40,325 bases of DNA from an uncultured Acidobacteriaceae bacterium (GTDB lineage Bacteria > Acidobacteriota > Terriglobia > Terriglobales > Acidobacteriaceae): contig CAVXOO010000208.1 in the NCBI GenBank assembly GCA_963762945.1, positions 1-40,325 of the forward strand, in the 5' to 3' direction. This document shows positions 7,822 to 17,348 of this stretch, piece after piece; position 1 is the first letter of the stretch, and every line of letters begins with the position of its first letter. The notes under the pieces are model-generated. The model was not told the DNA's origin. It did not search any database and saw only the letters and a list, made by a program, of their open reading frames with translations. The translations under genes and the position numbers were made by a program.

Positions 7822-9234
7822 TCATTTGCCAACCTCCTCCAGGAAACGAATGAGCGAGACAATGCCCAACTCGAAGTTCTTCAGGTGGAACTTTTCGTTC
7901 GGCGCGTGGATGTTGTCGTCCGGCAGGCCGAAGCCCATCATCACGCTGGGCATGCCGAGGTGCCGATCGAAGTCGCCGACAATGGGAATCGAGCCGCCGG
8001 AGCGGATGAAGACCGTGTCTTTGCCCCAAACCTCATGCAGGGCGCGCGTGGCGGCCTGGATGTAGCGGTTGTTGACGGGAATCAGGCATGGGTCGCCGGC
8101 GCTAATCAAGCGCATTTCCACGTCGACGCCGGCGGGTGCGATCTTTTCCACGTAGCTCTTGTAGAGCTCGTAGGCCTTCGCCGGGGTCATGCCAGGCACC
8201 AGGCGCATCGAGACTTTCGCCGCGGCTTTAGCCGGGATTACGGTTTTTGCGCCGGCTGCGATGAATCCGCCAGGCATGCCGTGTACTTCGAGCGTGGGCC
8301 GCGCCCAGGTACGTTCCAGAACGCCGTAGCCCTTCTCGCCGACCAGTTGCTTCGAGCCCACTTCGGCCTTGCGATACTCCTCCTCGTCGAAGGGCAGGCT
8401 GTGCCATGCAGCCAGCTCTTCGGGGCTGGGAGGAATAATGCCGTCATAAAAGCCGGGGATGAGAATATGGCCGTTCTCGTCCTTGAGCCTGGCGATGATC
8501 TGGCAGAGCGCGAAAAAAGGATTGGGCGCAGCGCCGCCGTACATGCCGGAGTGCAGATCGGTTTTCGCGCCGCGCACTTCGAGTTCGGTGTAGATCATGC
8601 CTCGCAACCCGACGCACAAAGTGGGCAGGCCCGGAGCAAACAATTCGGTGTCGGAGACCAGGGCGAAATCGGCCTGGAGGTTGGCGGGCTTTGAGGCGAC
8701 ATATTCGGCGATGGTTTCGCCACCCACTTCCTCCTCGCCTTCAAAGAGGACGCGCACATTGAGGGGCAGCGAGCCGTTGGCGGCCATCAGGGATTCAAGC
8801 GCCTTGACCTGAGCCACAATCTGGCCCTTGTCGTCTGCCGAGCCGCGGGCGTAGAGGTTGCCGTTGCGCTCAACGGGTTCGAAGGGCGGCGAAAGCCACT
8901 CGTCGAGCGGGTCGGTGGGCTGCACGTCGTAGTGGCCGTAGATGAGCACCGTCGGCTTGCCCGCGGCATGGAGCCAATCGGCATAGACTAGCGGATGGCG
9001 TCCGTCCTCTGATTCCTCGGGCAAAGTGCCGCCCGCAGCGGCCCCTGGTTCAATCAGGCGGGCATTTTCCATCCCGATGCGCTTCAACCCGGCGAGCAAA
9101 CTCTCGGCGGCCTTGCGGCAATCGCCCTTGTTTTCGGGTAATGTGGAGATGGACGGAATGCGTAGCAGGGCCTTCAGTTCATCGAGAAATCGGGGATGGT
9201 TTTGGCGGGCAAATGCAACAGCGGCAGAAGTCAT
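7822..9234 (-). CDS. M20 family metallopeptidase (DapE/ArgE-like dipeptidase)
   Basis: YGHYDVQP, ARGSADDKG, EGEEE, DLHSG and HAPNE motifs; start taken at the ATG of MTSAAV. Confidence 0.92.
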   Translation of the reverse strand: MTSAAVAFARQNHPRFLDELKALLRIPSISTLPENKGDCRKAAESLLAGLKRIGMENARLIEPGAAAGGTLPEESEDGRHPLVYADWLHAAGKPTVLIYGHYDVQPTDPLDEWLSPPFEPVERNGNLYARGSADDKGQIVAQVKALESLMAANGSLPLNVRVLFEGEEEVGGETIAEYVASKPANLQADFALVSDTELFAPGLPTLCVGLRGMIYTELEVRGAKTDLHSGMYGGAAPNPFFALCQIIARLKDENGHILIPGFYDGIIPPSPEELAAWHSLPFDEEEYRKAEVGSKQLVGEKGYGVLERTWARPTLEVHGMPGGFIAAGAKTVIPAKAAAKVSMRLVPGMTPAKAYELYKSYVEKIAPAGVDVEMRLISAGDPCLIPVNNRYIQAATRALHEVWGKDTVFIRSGGSIPIVGDFDRHLGMPSVMMGFGLPDDNIHAPNEKFHLKNFELGIVSLIRFLEEVGK

Positions 9235-9323
9235 TGGATGCTCCCAATTCAAAATTCTCACAGTCAAAACAGGAGTATACAGCCTGCCAACACCAAGCGT
9301 CCGTCATCAAGGAAAGGGATCAT

Positions 9324-10115
9324 TTGCCGAAGAGTGAAAGTTTGTGTATTTCTGCGCATCCTTGCTGTCTGATCCTTTTCGTTGTCGCCATAGCATTGGC
9401 TGTGGGCAGTGCGGCGTGTGCGGCGCAAAGCCGCGATGGCAGTCCATATTACGCAAGGAAGAATACCCTCGGAATTCTTGGCGCCTACTCCTGGGATTCG
9501 AGCCATATGCTGCTGGGCGCCGCGGACAACCGCGAACTGCTGAACGTTGGCATCTCGTACAGCCGGAAGCTTTGGATGAACCACGTTGTGAATTGGCAGT
9601 ACGACGGGGAGTTGCTGCCGGTGGCTCTCGAGAGCGATCCGGTCGTGCTCGACACGCTCAACTGGACCTCGCCTACAGTCATGACGGAGAGTGCTACCGT
9701 CGCTCAGGTCGGTCCCTGCGTTCCGTCGTCGGGAAGCTTCAGCAATGTGCTGGACGGCACAACCTACAGCTATACATACTCGCTTGCCTGCACTCGCCAA
9801 TGGACCATCGGCCAGGCCATGTCGCCGGTCGGATTTCAGTGGAACTTTCTGCCGCGCCACAAGACGCAGGCGCTGCTGGAAGGACACGGCGGCTATATGT
9901 ATACGACCAGACCGATCCCGATCGCCCCCGCCGGTTCATTCAACTTCACCTTCGACATCGGCGGCGGATTCGAAAGATTCCTCTCGAAGTCAAGCTCGAT
10001 CCGTGTCGAGTATCGCTATCACCATCTTTCCAATCACAACACTGCGACGGAGAATCCCGGGATCGACAACGGTCTGATCCAGGCTAGCTACTGCTTTCGG
10101 CTCGGGCGAAAATAA
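9324..10115 (+). CDS. Outer-membrane beta-barrel, PagL/acyloxyacyl hydrolase family
   Basis: Signal peptide, amphipathic strands and C-terminal YHHLSNHN...NPGID matching the PagL H-x-S-N motif. TTG start after AGGAAAGG. Confidence 0.72.
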   Translation: MPKSESLCISAHPCCLILFVVAIALAVGSAACAAQSRDGSPYYARKNTLGILGAYSWDSSHMLLGAADNRELLNVGISYSRKLWMNHVVNWQYDGELLPVALESDPVVLDTLNWTSPTVMTESATVAQVGPCVPSSGSFSNVLDGTTYSYTYSLACTRQWTIGQAMSPVGFQWNFLPRHKTQALLEGHGGYMYTTRPIPIAPAGSFNFTFDIGGGFERFLSKSSSIRVEYRYHHLSNHNTATENPGIDNGLIQASYCFRLGRK

Positions 10116-10118
10116 GCG

Positions 10119-10442
10119 TCAATAACGCGCCACCGTGGGATCGACTTCGACCGACCAGGCGTCGATACCGCCGCCGAGTGACTGTGCCTTCTCAAAGCCA
10201 TTCCGGCGCAGCCACACGGTCGCGTTCATGGAGCGGACGCCGTGATGGCAAACCAGGACCAGCCGCTCTTCGCTGTTGAGTTCCTTTGGGGCGCGGGCCG
10301 GCACTTCGCTCAGCGGCAGGTGCAGGCTGCCTTCGATGCGCGTGGTCGCGAATTCCCATGGCTCGCGCACATCGATGAGCCGGGCGCTCTTGTCGCGCAG
10401 AATTTGGGCAGCTTCAGTAGGGGAAATCTCGAAGCTCAGCAT
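10119..10442 (-). CDS. Rhodanese-like sulfurtransferase
   Basis: IDVREPWE, active loop CHHGVRS, GGIDAW. Confidence 0.9.
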   Translation of the reverse strand: MLSFEISPTEAAQILRDKSARLIDVREPWEFATTRIEGSLHLPLSEVPARAPKELNSEERLVLVCHHGVRSMNATVWLRRNGFEKAQSLGGGIDAWSVEVDPTVARY

Positions 10443-10569
10443 GATTCCAGTTTAGCCGGACATGCTCAGACAAGAAAGCGTTGCCGGCCGGCCTGCGCGA
10501 TTCCTGGGTCGGCTTTTGGCGGAAAGGGCAGCCAAAAGTAATAAGCTATTGGATGAACGGAACGCGCCT

Positions 10570-11976
10570 ATGCTGAACGATGTGAAAGTCCTGATCGCCG
10601 AAGACGAGCCCAATGCTCTGGCTGGCCTCGCGGAGCTGATCTCCGGATGGGGATACCGCACCGAGACCGCGCGCGACGGCATGGAGGCGTGGGAAAAAGC
10701 CCTGGCATGGGACCCGGCGATTGTGGTCACGGACCTGAAGATGCCGCGCATGGATGGAATGGGACTGTTGTCCAAGCTGGCCGAAGGCGGCACCGGCATC
10801 AGCGCGAACATGGCCGTCGTGGTGCTCACCGCGATGGGTTCGATTCAACTGGCTGTCGAGGCCATGAAGCTGGGTGCGTACGACTTTCTGCAGAAGCCGG
10901 TCGATGCCACGCGGCTCAAAACCATTCTGGCCAACGCCACGCGCCAGCGGGAGACGACTATCGAGCTCGAAGTGGCGCGCCGGCGGCTGCGCGAGTCGGG
11001 CGTGCTGGGCAGGCTGGTGGGCGGCTCGCGGCCGATGCGCGAGATCTTCGGGCTGATCGAGCAAATCGCGCCCTCGAAGGTGCCGGTGCTGATTACCGGC
11101 GAAAGCGGCACCGGCAAGGAACTGGTGGCGCGCACGCTGCACGATCTCAGCCCGCGCAAGACGCGGCCATTTGTCGCGGTCAACTGCGCGGCGATTCCTG
11201 AGACGCTGATCGAGAGCGAGATCTTCGGCCACGAAAAGGGCGCATTCACGGGCGCGATCGACCGCAGAATCGGATGCTTCGAATTGGCCACGGGCGGAAC
11301 GCTGCTGCTGGACGAAGTGGGCGAAATGCCCGCGGGTACGCAGGCCAAGCTGCTCCGAGTCCTCGAGGAGCGCAAGCTCCGGCGGCTGGGCTCGCGTACC
11401 GAGCAGGAGGTGGACGTGCGCGTGCTCGCGGCCACCAATCGCGATCCGCACCAGGCCGTGGCGCAGGGCCATCTGCGCAGCGACCTCTATTACCGGCTCA
11501 ACGTCTTCAACATACATATGCCGCCGCTGCGCGACCACATGGAAGATCTGCCCGCCATGGCGGAGGCCATGACCGACGAGATGAATGAGAAGCACGGCCG
11601 CAAGGTTTGCGGCATCTCGGCTTCGCTGCTGGCCCGGCTGATGGCCCATAACTGGCCGGGCAATGCGCGCGAGTTGCGCAACACCATCGAGCGCGCGGTG
11701 ATTCTCTGTCCCGATGGCGCGCCGCTTGATACGGGGCACTTGCCGGCGGGATTCGGCCCGGAGCAGAACCTGGGTTCTTCTCTGCTCGATGGCAACGTGG
11801 TAGCGGTGCGCGTGGGCACAACCGTTGACGAGCTCGAACGCTTGCTCATCCTGCGCACACTCGAGGCCACGGGACAAAACAAGACTCGCGCCGCCGAAAT
11901 TCTGGGCGTGAGCCTGAAGACTCTGCACAACAAACTGAAGACCTACGGCGCTGCCCGCGAGATGCCGGTTGCCTGA
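10570..11976 (+). CDS. Sigma-54-dependent response regulator (NtrC/AtoC family)
   Basis: REC domain (DLKMPRMDG), AAA+ GESGTGKE, GAFTGA, LLLDEVGE, WPGNAREL, and a Fis-type HTH. Confidence 0.95.
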   Translation: MLNDVKVLIAEDEPNALAGLAELISGWGYRTETARDGMEAWEKALAWDPAIVVTDLKMPRMDGMGLLSKLAEGGTGISANMAVVVLTAMGSIQLAVEAMKLGAYDFLQKPVDATRLKTILANATRQRETTIELEVARRRLRESGVLGRLVGGSRPMREIFGLIEQIAPSKVPVLITGESGTGKELVARTLHDLSPRKTRPFVAVNCAAIPETLIESEIFGHEKGAFTGAIDRRIGCFELATGGTLLLDEVGEMPAGTQAKLLRVLEERKLRRLGSRTEQEVDVRVLAATNRDPHQAVAQGHLRSDLYYRLNVFNIHMPPLRDHMEDLPAMAEAMTDEMNEKHGRKVCGISASLLARLMAHNWPGNARELRNTIERAVILCPDGAPLDTGHLPAGFGPEQNLGSSLLDGNVVAVRVGTTVDELERLLILRTLEATGQNKTRAAEILGVSLKTLHNKLKTYGAAREMPVA

Positions 11977-12058
11977 GGCCCCTCGCGCCGCTGGGCGCAT
12001 TGTTCCTGCCCCCTCATTCCTGCGTACAATCATCCCAAGCCCTCCCGGCCCATAAGTC

Positions 12059-14035
12059 ATGCGCCTGAATACAAAACTCGTGCTGGCGATCTCGGCCCTG
12101 GTCTTCCTCATCGCGGGGGTGGTGTCGCTGATCTACGTGCATCAGTTGGTGAAAGCCGCCGTGCAGCAGACCTACGAGACCAATCTGATGGTGGCGCGGC
12201 AGGTGCGCTTTGCGCTGCAGAACGCGCTCGAAAGCGGTCTCAGGGACCGCACGGTCGATCCCAACAATCCGGGAGAACTGGAGGAACTCGTCGCCGAGAC
12301 GGTGCGCAACGATATCGAGTTGCAGTCGGTGCTCGACTCGGTGAATCGTTACTCGGCCACGGTCTACGACGTCAACATCGGCGACAGTCGGGGCGTGACG
12401 CTGCTCAGCACTAATGCCGATAACGAGGGCAAGCCGCTGCCCGTGCGCCCCAGCTACGAACAACTGCTCAAGGCCGGCCCCGTGCGCATGATGGCCGAGG
12501 CTCTTGGACACCCCACGGTCTTTAACGTGGCGGCGCCGCTTGAGAATAACGGCAAGCTCTTTGCCACGGTGAATGTGGGCGTGCATACCTCGCTGCTGCG
12601 CGCGGTGTACGAGCCGCTGCTGCGCAACGCCATGCGGCTGATGGCGTTGGCCCTGCTGGTGGCGCTGGCATCGGCCTTCCTGCTCAGCAACCTGGCCCTG
12701 CGCCCGCTCACCGAGATTAGCCGCCAACTGGATCGACTGACGGCGGCAGAAGGGGCGCCGCCCGATGCCAAGACGGCATCAGGACAGGATGTTGCGGCGC
12801 TGGTTTCAACCAAGATCGAGAAGATCGGCCAGCGCATGCGCAACGTGGAAGAGGTCTACTCCGCATTGCGCGAGAATCTCGATCAGATTCTCGGCAACCT
12901 GCAGGATGGAATTCTGCTCTTTACCGAGGACAAGCGCGCAGTTCTGGTTTCAGAGGCCGCGCGAAGGTTTCTTGGCATCGATCGCGATAGCATCCTGGGC
13001 CTGCACGCGCGAGAAATCTTCTTGAACGCCAACGTGCTGGGCCGCACCGTGCGCGAGGCCGTGGATGCCGGCGTGAACATGGTGCAGGAGGAGATTCGCA
13101 CCGAAAACGGGCGGCGTATCCAGGCCTCGGTGGATTTTATCTACGACGATGAGACGCACCGCGGCCTGGGCGCTTTGGTCACGTTGCACGATCTCGAGTC
13201 GGCGGAGAGGATCGAGTCCGAGTTGGAACTGTCGCGGCGCATGGCGGCCATTGGGCGGCTTACGTCGGGCGTTGGGCACGAGGTCAAGAATCCCATCAAC
13301 GCCATCGTGGTGCATCTCGAGCTTCTGAGGTCGAAACTGGGCGAGGCGGAAGCGCCTGCGTCGCGGCATCTTGAGGTGATCGACGTCGAGATCCGGCGTC
13401 TGGACCGGGTGGTGCAGACGCTGGTGGACTTCTCGCGTCCTGTCGAGCTCAATCTGCGTGAGCAGGATCTGCGTCTGGTGATCGGCGACGTCCTCGCATT
13501 GTCTGCCGACGAGCTGACAACGCGCCGGGTCAAGCTGGTGAGTCTCATGCCGGAGGAGCCGCTGATCGCCAAGGTGGATGCCGACCTGTTGAAACAGGCA
13601 GTGCTGAACGTGATTCAAAATGGCGCGCAAGCCATGCCCGAGGGTGGGCTGCTGGAAGTGACTCTGGAAGAAGAAGGGAACAGCGATGCCGGCGTCCTGG
13701 CTCCGCCGCCCGCCAATGGGCAGGAGCGGCCGCGTTCCCCGCGCTCGGCTCCCGGCTTTGCCGTTCTGCGCATTGCCGACGAAGGCGAGGGCATCCCGGA
13801 AGAGATCCGCGAAAAGATTTTCGATCTTTATTTCACAACCAAGAGCGGAGGCAGCGGCATTGGGCTGGCGATGACCTACCGCATTCTGCAATTGCATCAC
13901 GGCAGCGTGGACGTACAATCGAGACAGGCCCGGGGAACGGAATTCCGGTTGCGCATTCCGCTTGCCACAGCGGACCGGAGACGCCGTGCTCCACAGCCGG
14001 CGAGCGCAATAGACGAAACGGGGTTGGGGAGATGA
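12059..14035 (+). CDS. Membrane sensor histidine kinase (2 TM, HAMP/PAS-like, HisKA, HATPase)
   Basis: H-box GHEVKNPI, N-box NVIQNG, DEGEGI, YFTTK, GSGIGL; directly follows the NtrC-type regulator. Confidence 0.93.
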   Translation: MRLNTKLVLAISALVFLIAGVVSLIYVHQLVKAAVQQTYETNLMVARQVRFALQNALESGLRDRTVDPNNPGELEELVAETVRNDIELQSVLDSVNRYSATVYDVNIGDSRGVTLLSTNADNEGKPLPVRPSYEQLLKAGPVRMMAEALGHPTVFNVAAPLENNGKLFATVNVGVHTSLLRAVYEPLLRNAMRLMALALLVALASAFLLSNLALRPLTEISRQLDRLTAAEGAPPDAKTASGQDVAALVSTKIEKIGQRMRNVEEVYSALRENLDQILGNLQDGILLFTEDKRAVLVSEAARRFLGIDRDSILGLHAREIFLNANVLGRTVREAVDAGVNMVQEEIRTENGRRIQASVDFIYDDETHRGLGALVTLHDLESAERIESELELSRRMAAIGRLTSGVGHEVKNPINAIVVHLELLRSKLGEAEAPASRHLEVIDVEIRRLDRVVQTLVDFSRPVELNLREQDLRLVIGDVLALSADELTTRRVKLVSLMPEEPLIAKVDADLLKQAVLNVIQNGAQAMPEGGLLEVTLEEEGNSDAGVLAPPPANGQERPRSPRSAPGFAVLRIADEGEGIPEEIREKIFDLYFTTKSGGSGIGLAMTYRILQLHHGSVDVQSRQARGTEFRLRIPLATADRRRRAPQPASAIDETGLGR

Positions 14036-14601
14036 AGTCGCCTGCCAGGAGCGTTGCATGGCTGCTGCCTTTCTTGCTCACGGGCTGCTTCGAATTGCCC
14101 CTTCATAAGAAGCATCCGCTGCCGAGCAATGGGCTTGCGCCGGGTATTCAGACATCGCAATCCCTTCAGGTGGTCAACGTTCCTCTGCCTCCCCGAGACA
14201 CCGTCGTCGCCGGATATCCCATCTACAACATGAGGTTGCAGGCGGAGCCGATCCGGCCGCCCTCAAAGCACAGAAAACCGGCGACTCCGGAAGACGCGGC
14301 GAATGCGGCTGAGCTCGCGGCGCCCAATCCGCCGGCAACCAATCCGGAAGTGAGCGCCATTGGGCAGCTCTCCGCCGGCGATCCAGCAGACTTCCGTCAG
14401 CAGACGGAGAATTCCATCGCGGTGATCGAGCGCCGGTTGAATGGCCTTAATCGCAACTTGAGCGACTCCGAGCTGAAAACCGCCGATCACATCCGCGAGT
14501 TTCTGAAGCAGGCCCGGGCAGCCCTCGCCTCGGGCGATGTGGAGGGAGCGCAAACCCTGGCCGGTAAGGCCCAGGTGCTGCTGGCGGAGCTGACGAAGTA
14601 A
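14032..14601 (+). CDS. Hypothetical lipoprotein
   Basis: Lipobox LLTGC, Pro-rich linker and helical C-terminus; 4-nt overlap with the kinase stop. Confidence 0.75.
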   Translation: MKSPARSVAWLLPFLLTGCFELPLHKKHPLPSNGLAPGIQTSQSLQVVNVPLPPRDTVVAGYPIYNMRLQAEPIRPPSKHRKPATPEDAANAAELAAPNPPATNPEVSAIGQLSAGDPADFRQQTENSIAVIERRLNGLNRNLSDSELKTADHIREFLKQARAALASGDVEGAQTLAGKAQVLLAELTK

Positions 14602-14618
14602 GGCTTTTTCTGTTGCGC

Positions 14619-15476
14619 CTACTGCTCGCCCCAGCTCAACTTGCTGCGCAATGCGTCAAAAAAACCGCTTTCGCCCAGGCGGATCAGCTTGACGCTGTGG
14701 CGGGAGCGGCAGCAACGTATCTCGTCGCCGCGGCGCAGTTCCACCTTCTGCTGGCCGTCGATGGTGAGCAGCGCGACATCGGGAACGCCTTCGACGCGAA
14801 CGGTGAGCGAAGCGTCGCCGCGCACCACGATGGGCCGCAGCGTGAGCAGATGCGGGCAGACCGGCGTCACCACCATGGCATCCACATCCGGCGTCAGAAT
14901 AGGGCCGTTGGCGGCGAGCGTGTAGGCCGTCGAACCCGTGGGTGTGGAGACGATGACGCCGTCGGCGCGAAAGCGCGCCACGCTCTTGCCGTCCAGCTCT
15001 ACCGCAAAGTCGCCCATGCGTGCGATGTCGCCTTTCGAGACCACGACCTCGTTCAGAGCCTCGAAACTCGCCTGCTCGGCGCCGTGGCGCCAGAGCTCGG
15101 CGTGCAGCATGGCGCGTTCGTCGAGCGAGTGGCAGCCCTCGCACCAGTTTTCCAGCGTGGTGTAGAGATCGGCGAGGCGCACTTCCGTAAGGAACCCGAG
15201 AAACCCAAGGTTCACGCTGAGAATGGGCGTGCCCACGGTGGCAAAGATGCGCGCCGCGGCCAGCAGAGTGCCGTCGCCGCCCAGCACGATCACCAGATTC
15301 GGCGCATGGAGGGGCAACTCCGTGCGGTCCATGGCCGGCGCGGCATCGGTGTAGCTGCTGCTCTCGCGGTCCAGCAGCGGTTCGTAGCCACGCTCGCGAA
15401 GCCACAACACCAGTTCGGGCAAAAGCCGCTTGAGTTCCTCGCGATGGGGCTTGGAGACAATGGCGACGCGGGTCAT
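14619..15476 (-). CDS. nadK: NAD+ kinase
   Basis: GGDGTLL, LNE, DGVIVSTPTGSTAY, GP and IDGQ motifs. Confidence 0.95.
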   Translation of the reverse strand: MTRVAIVSKPHREELKRLLPELVLWLRERGYEPLLDRESSSYTDAAPAMDRTELPLHAPNLVIVLGGDGTLLAAARIFATVGTPILSVNLGFLGFLTEVRLADLYTTLENWCEGCHSLDERAMLHAELWRHGAEQASFEALNEVVVSKGDIARMGDFAVELDGKSVARFRADGVIVSTPTGSTAYTLAANGPILTPDVDAMVVTPVCPHLLTLRPIVVRGDASLTVRVEGVPDVALLTIDGQQKVELRRGDEIRCCRSRHSVKLIRLGESGFFDALRSKLSWGEQ

Positions 15477-15690
15477 GGCTTCGAGTGTAATCGACTGCCT
15501 CCGCCAGGAACAAAAACACGGCGCGGCGGGAACGGTGCCGCGAAAATTGCTGACAATTTCGGGGTTGCGGCTTTATATTGGCTCGACAACAAACTGTGGA
15601 GCCTGTTCGTCGGCAATGCGATCGGAAAAGTGCTGCCACTGACCGGCCAGAACCGCAGCACTCATCAAGCTGCAATGAAAGGAACCAGCA

Positions 15691-16254
15691 ATGGATTGGT
15701 ATCTGATGGTGTGGAGAAAGTACGCCGAATTCGATGGCCGTTCACGGCGCAGCGAATATTGGATGTTCGTGCTCTTCAACTTCCTGGTCACAATTGGGCT
15801 GGGCGTCCTCGGCGGCATAGGACTTGCGTTTATGCGGGAAGCCGGAGCCGTCGTGGCCGTCCTGTTTATTCCGCTTGTCCTTTATGTCCTGGCCGCAATT
15901 ATCCCAAGTGTGGCCGTTGCCGTGCGCCGTTTCCACGACATCGGCAAAAGCGGCTGGATGTTGTTGTTGTTGATCGTGCTCGGCGCTATTCCTTTCCTGG
16001 GGATCGTCGCAGCCGTGATCCAAATCGTATTCCTCTGCACGGATAGCGATCCCGGAATCAACCAGTACGGCCCCAACCCGAAGTTTCCCGAGCAGGCAGC
16101 CGGAGCTTTCGCCGGCGCTGCAGGCTTCCCGGCGTTCAGTAATTCCGCGCCGCAACCGTTCGCAGGTGCGAGCGGCGCTGCTTTCTGCACGCGCTGCGGT
16201 GCCAGAAAAAGCGGCGCATCGACGGTCTGCGGTAATTGTGGCGTATCGGTTTGA
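15691..16254 (+). CDS. DUF805 membrane protein with C-terminal zinc ribbon
   Basis: KYAEFDGRSRRSEYW, VRRFHDIGKSGW, NQYGPNP; tail CTRC...CGNC; SD AAAGGA. Confidence 0.88.
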   Translation: MDWYLMVWRKYAEFDGRSRRSEYWMFVLFNFLVTIGLGVLGGIGLAFMREAGAVVAVLFIPLVLYVLAAIIPSVAVAVRRFHDIGKSGWMLLLLIVLGAIPFLGIVAAVIQIVFLCTDSDPGINQYGPNPKFPEQAAGAFAGAAGFPAFSNSAPQPFAGASGAAFCTRCGARKSGASTVCGNCGVSV

Positions 16255-16328
16255 GATTGTCTGGCGGGTGGGCGGGCGTCGCAGGCTTTGGCCTGCCGTC
16301 GCTCGCATCGCTTCGTCCGGATTCCAGT

Positions 16329-17243
16329 TCAGGATCGCCGCGCATAAAGCAGGAACTCGTGGTTGCCTTCAGCGCCGGTGATCGGCGACGGGATGGTCTC
16401 GACAACGATCCAGTCCAGCGAGCGCACGCATTCCTGCACCCTGTCGATCGCCAACTGGTGCGCGGCAGGATCGCGCACAATGCCGCCCTTGCCCACATGC
16501 TCGCGGCCAGCCTCGAATTGCGGCTTGACGAGGATGACGGCCTCAACAAGAGCAGGCGCGGCGGCAAATACCGGCCCCAAAAGCAGCGTGGCGGAGATGA
16601 ACGAAACGTCCATCACCAGCAGCGTGGGTTCGGGATTTCCCTCAGGGGCTAAAGCCCCACTTTCATTGTGCTGCATTTTCGGCACGACTAAAGTCGTGCC
16701 CTGACACTTCTTGCAGCCCGAAATAAGCTTTTCCGCAGATGGAACAGCCAATGCTCCCGGCTCTAAAAAACGCGCATTGGTGCGCTCCATGAGCTGAACG
16801 CGCGGGTCATTGCGCAGTTTCATGTCGATCTGCCCAAAGCCGGTATCGACGGCGGTAACGCGCGCTGCGCCGTGTTTGAGCAGGCAATCGGTGAAGCCGC
16901 CGGTCGAGGTTCCGATGTCGAGGCAGGCGCGGCCCTTCACATCAATCTTCCAATGGTCCAGGGCCGCGGCCAGCTTTACCCCTCCACGGCTCACGTAAGG
17001 CTGATCCTCGCCCAGCAGGCGGACCGGAGCGTCCTCGGCAACCGCGGTCCCGGCCTTCACGAGCTTCTGCTCGTTGACGAGCACGCGTCCGGCAAGAATC
17101 AGGGCGCGGGCGCGCTCGCGGCTCGCCGCCAGCCCGCGCTCGACCAGCAGCAGGTCGAGACGGCTCTTGCGCGGACGCGTTTTTGCGGAGCCCATCTCTT
17201 GGTCCGGCGACTGTCTCCCGCGCGTGTTGTCCGCATCGGCCAT
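16329..17243 (-). CDS. tlyA: TlyA family rRNA methyltransferase carrying a ~35-aa repeat-derived insertion
   Basis: S4 domain RLDLLL, YVSRGGVKL, DIGTSTGGFTDCLL, DVSFIS, VKPQFE, SPITGAEGNHE. Start uncertain (17243 or 17195). Confidence 0.92.
   Translation of the reverse strand: MADADNTRGRQSPDQEMGSAKTRPRKSRLDLLLVERGLAASRERARALILAGRVLVNEQKLVKAGTAVAEDAPVRLLGEDQPYVSRGGVKLAAALDHWKIDVKGRACLDIGTSTGGFTDCLLKHGAARVTAVDTGFGQIDMKLRNDPRVQLMERTNARFLEPGALAVPSAEKLISGCKKCQGTTLVVPKMQHNESGALAPEGNPEPTLLVMDVSFISATLLLGPVFAAAPALVEAVILVKPQFEAGREHVGKGGIVRDPAAHQLAIDRVQECVRSLDWIVVETIPSPITGAEGNHEFLLYARRS
16637..16739. repeat. Double-palindrome repeat inserted in frame in tlyA
   Basis: Palindromes GGCACGACT-AA-AGTCGTGCC (16681-16700) and GGGGCT-AA-AGCCCC (16645-16658); the same pair occurs in the intergenic element at 36960-37021. 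Confidence 0.85.
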
Positions 17244-17270
17244 CGGTTCTAAAAATCCCATCAAAAAATC

Positions 17271-17301
17271 AAGGGCCGTTCCCCCCGGGGGAATGGCCCT
17301 T
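17271..17301. promoter_or_regulatory. 31-bp near-perfect palindrome upstream of tlyA
   Basis: AAGGGCCGTTCCCCC-C-GGGGGAATGGCCCTT, with one mismatch in 15-bp arms; function unknown. Confidence 0.5.
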
Positions 17302-17348
17302 TCCATAATTGCGCCGCCGGTTTTCCGGGCGCGATTTCTGTCTGGCTA

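Noticed and set aside
8995-9055. Short insert in the M20 peptidase (PGAAAGGTLPEESEDG) as repeat-derived
   Set aside because: No palindrome or match to the repeats in this window.
10546-16046. Long alternative ORFs (10546..12111 -, 12950..14059 -, 14613..16046 +, 14656..15675 -)
   Set aside because: Antisense or alternate-frame shadows of well-supported GC-rich genes with no motifs; the same applies to most short ORFs in the track.
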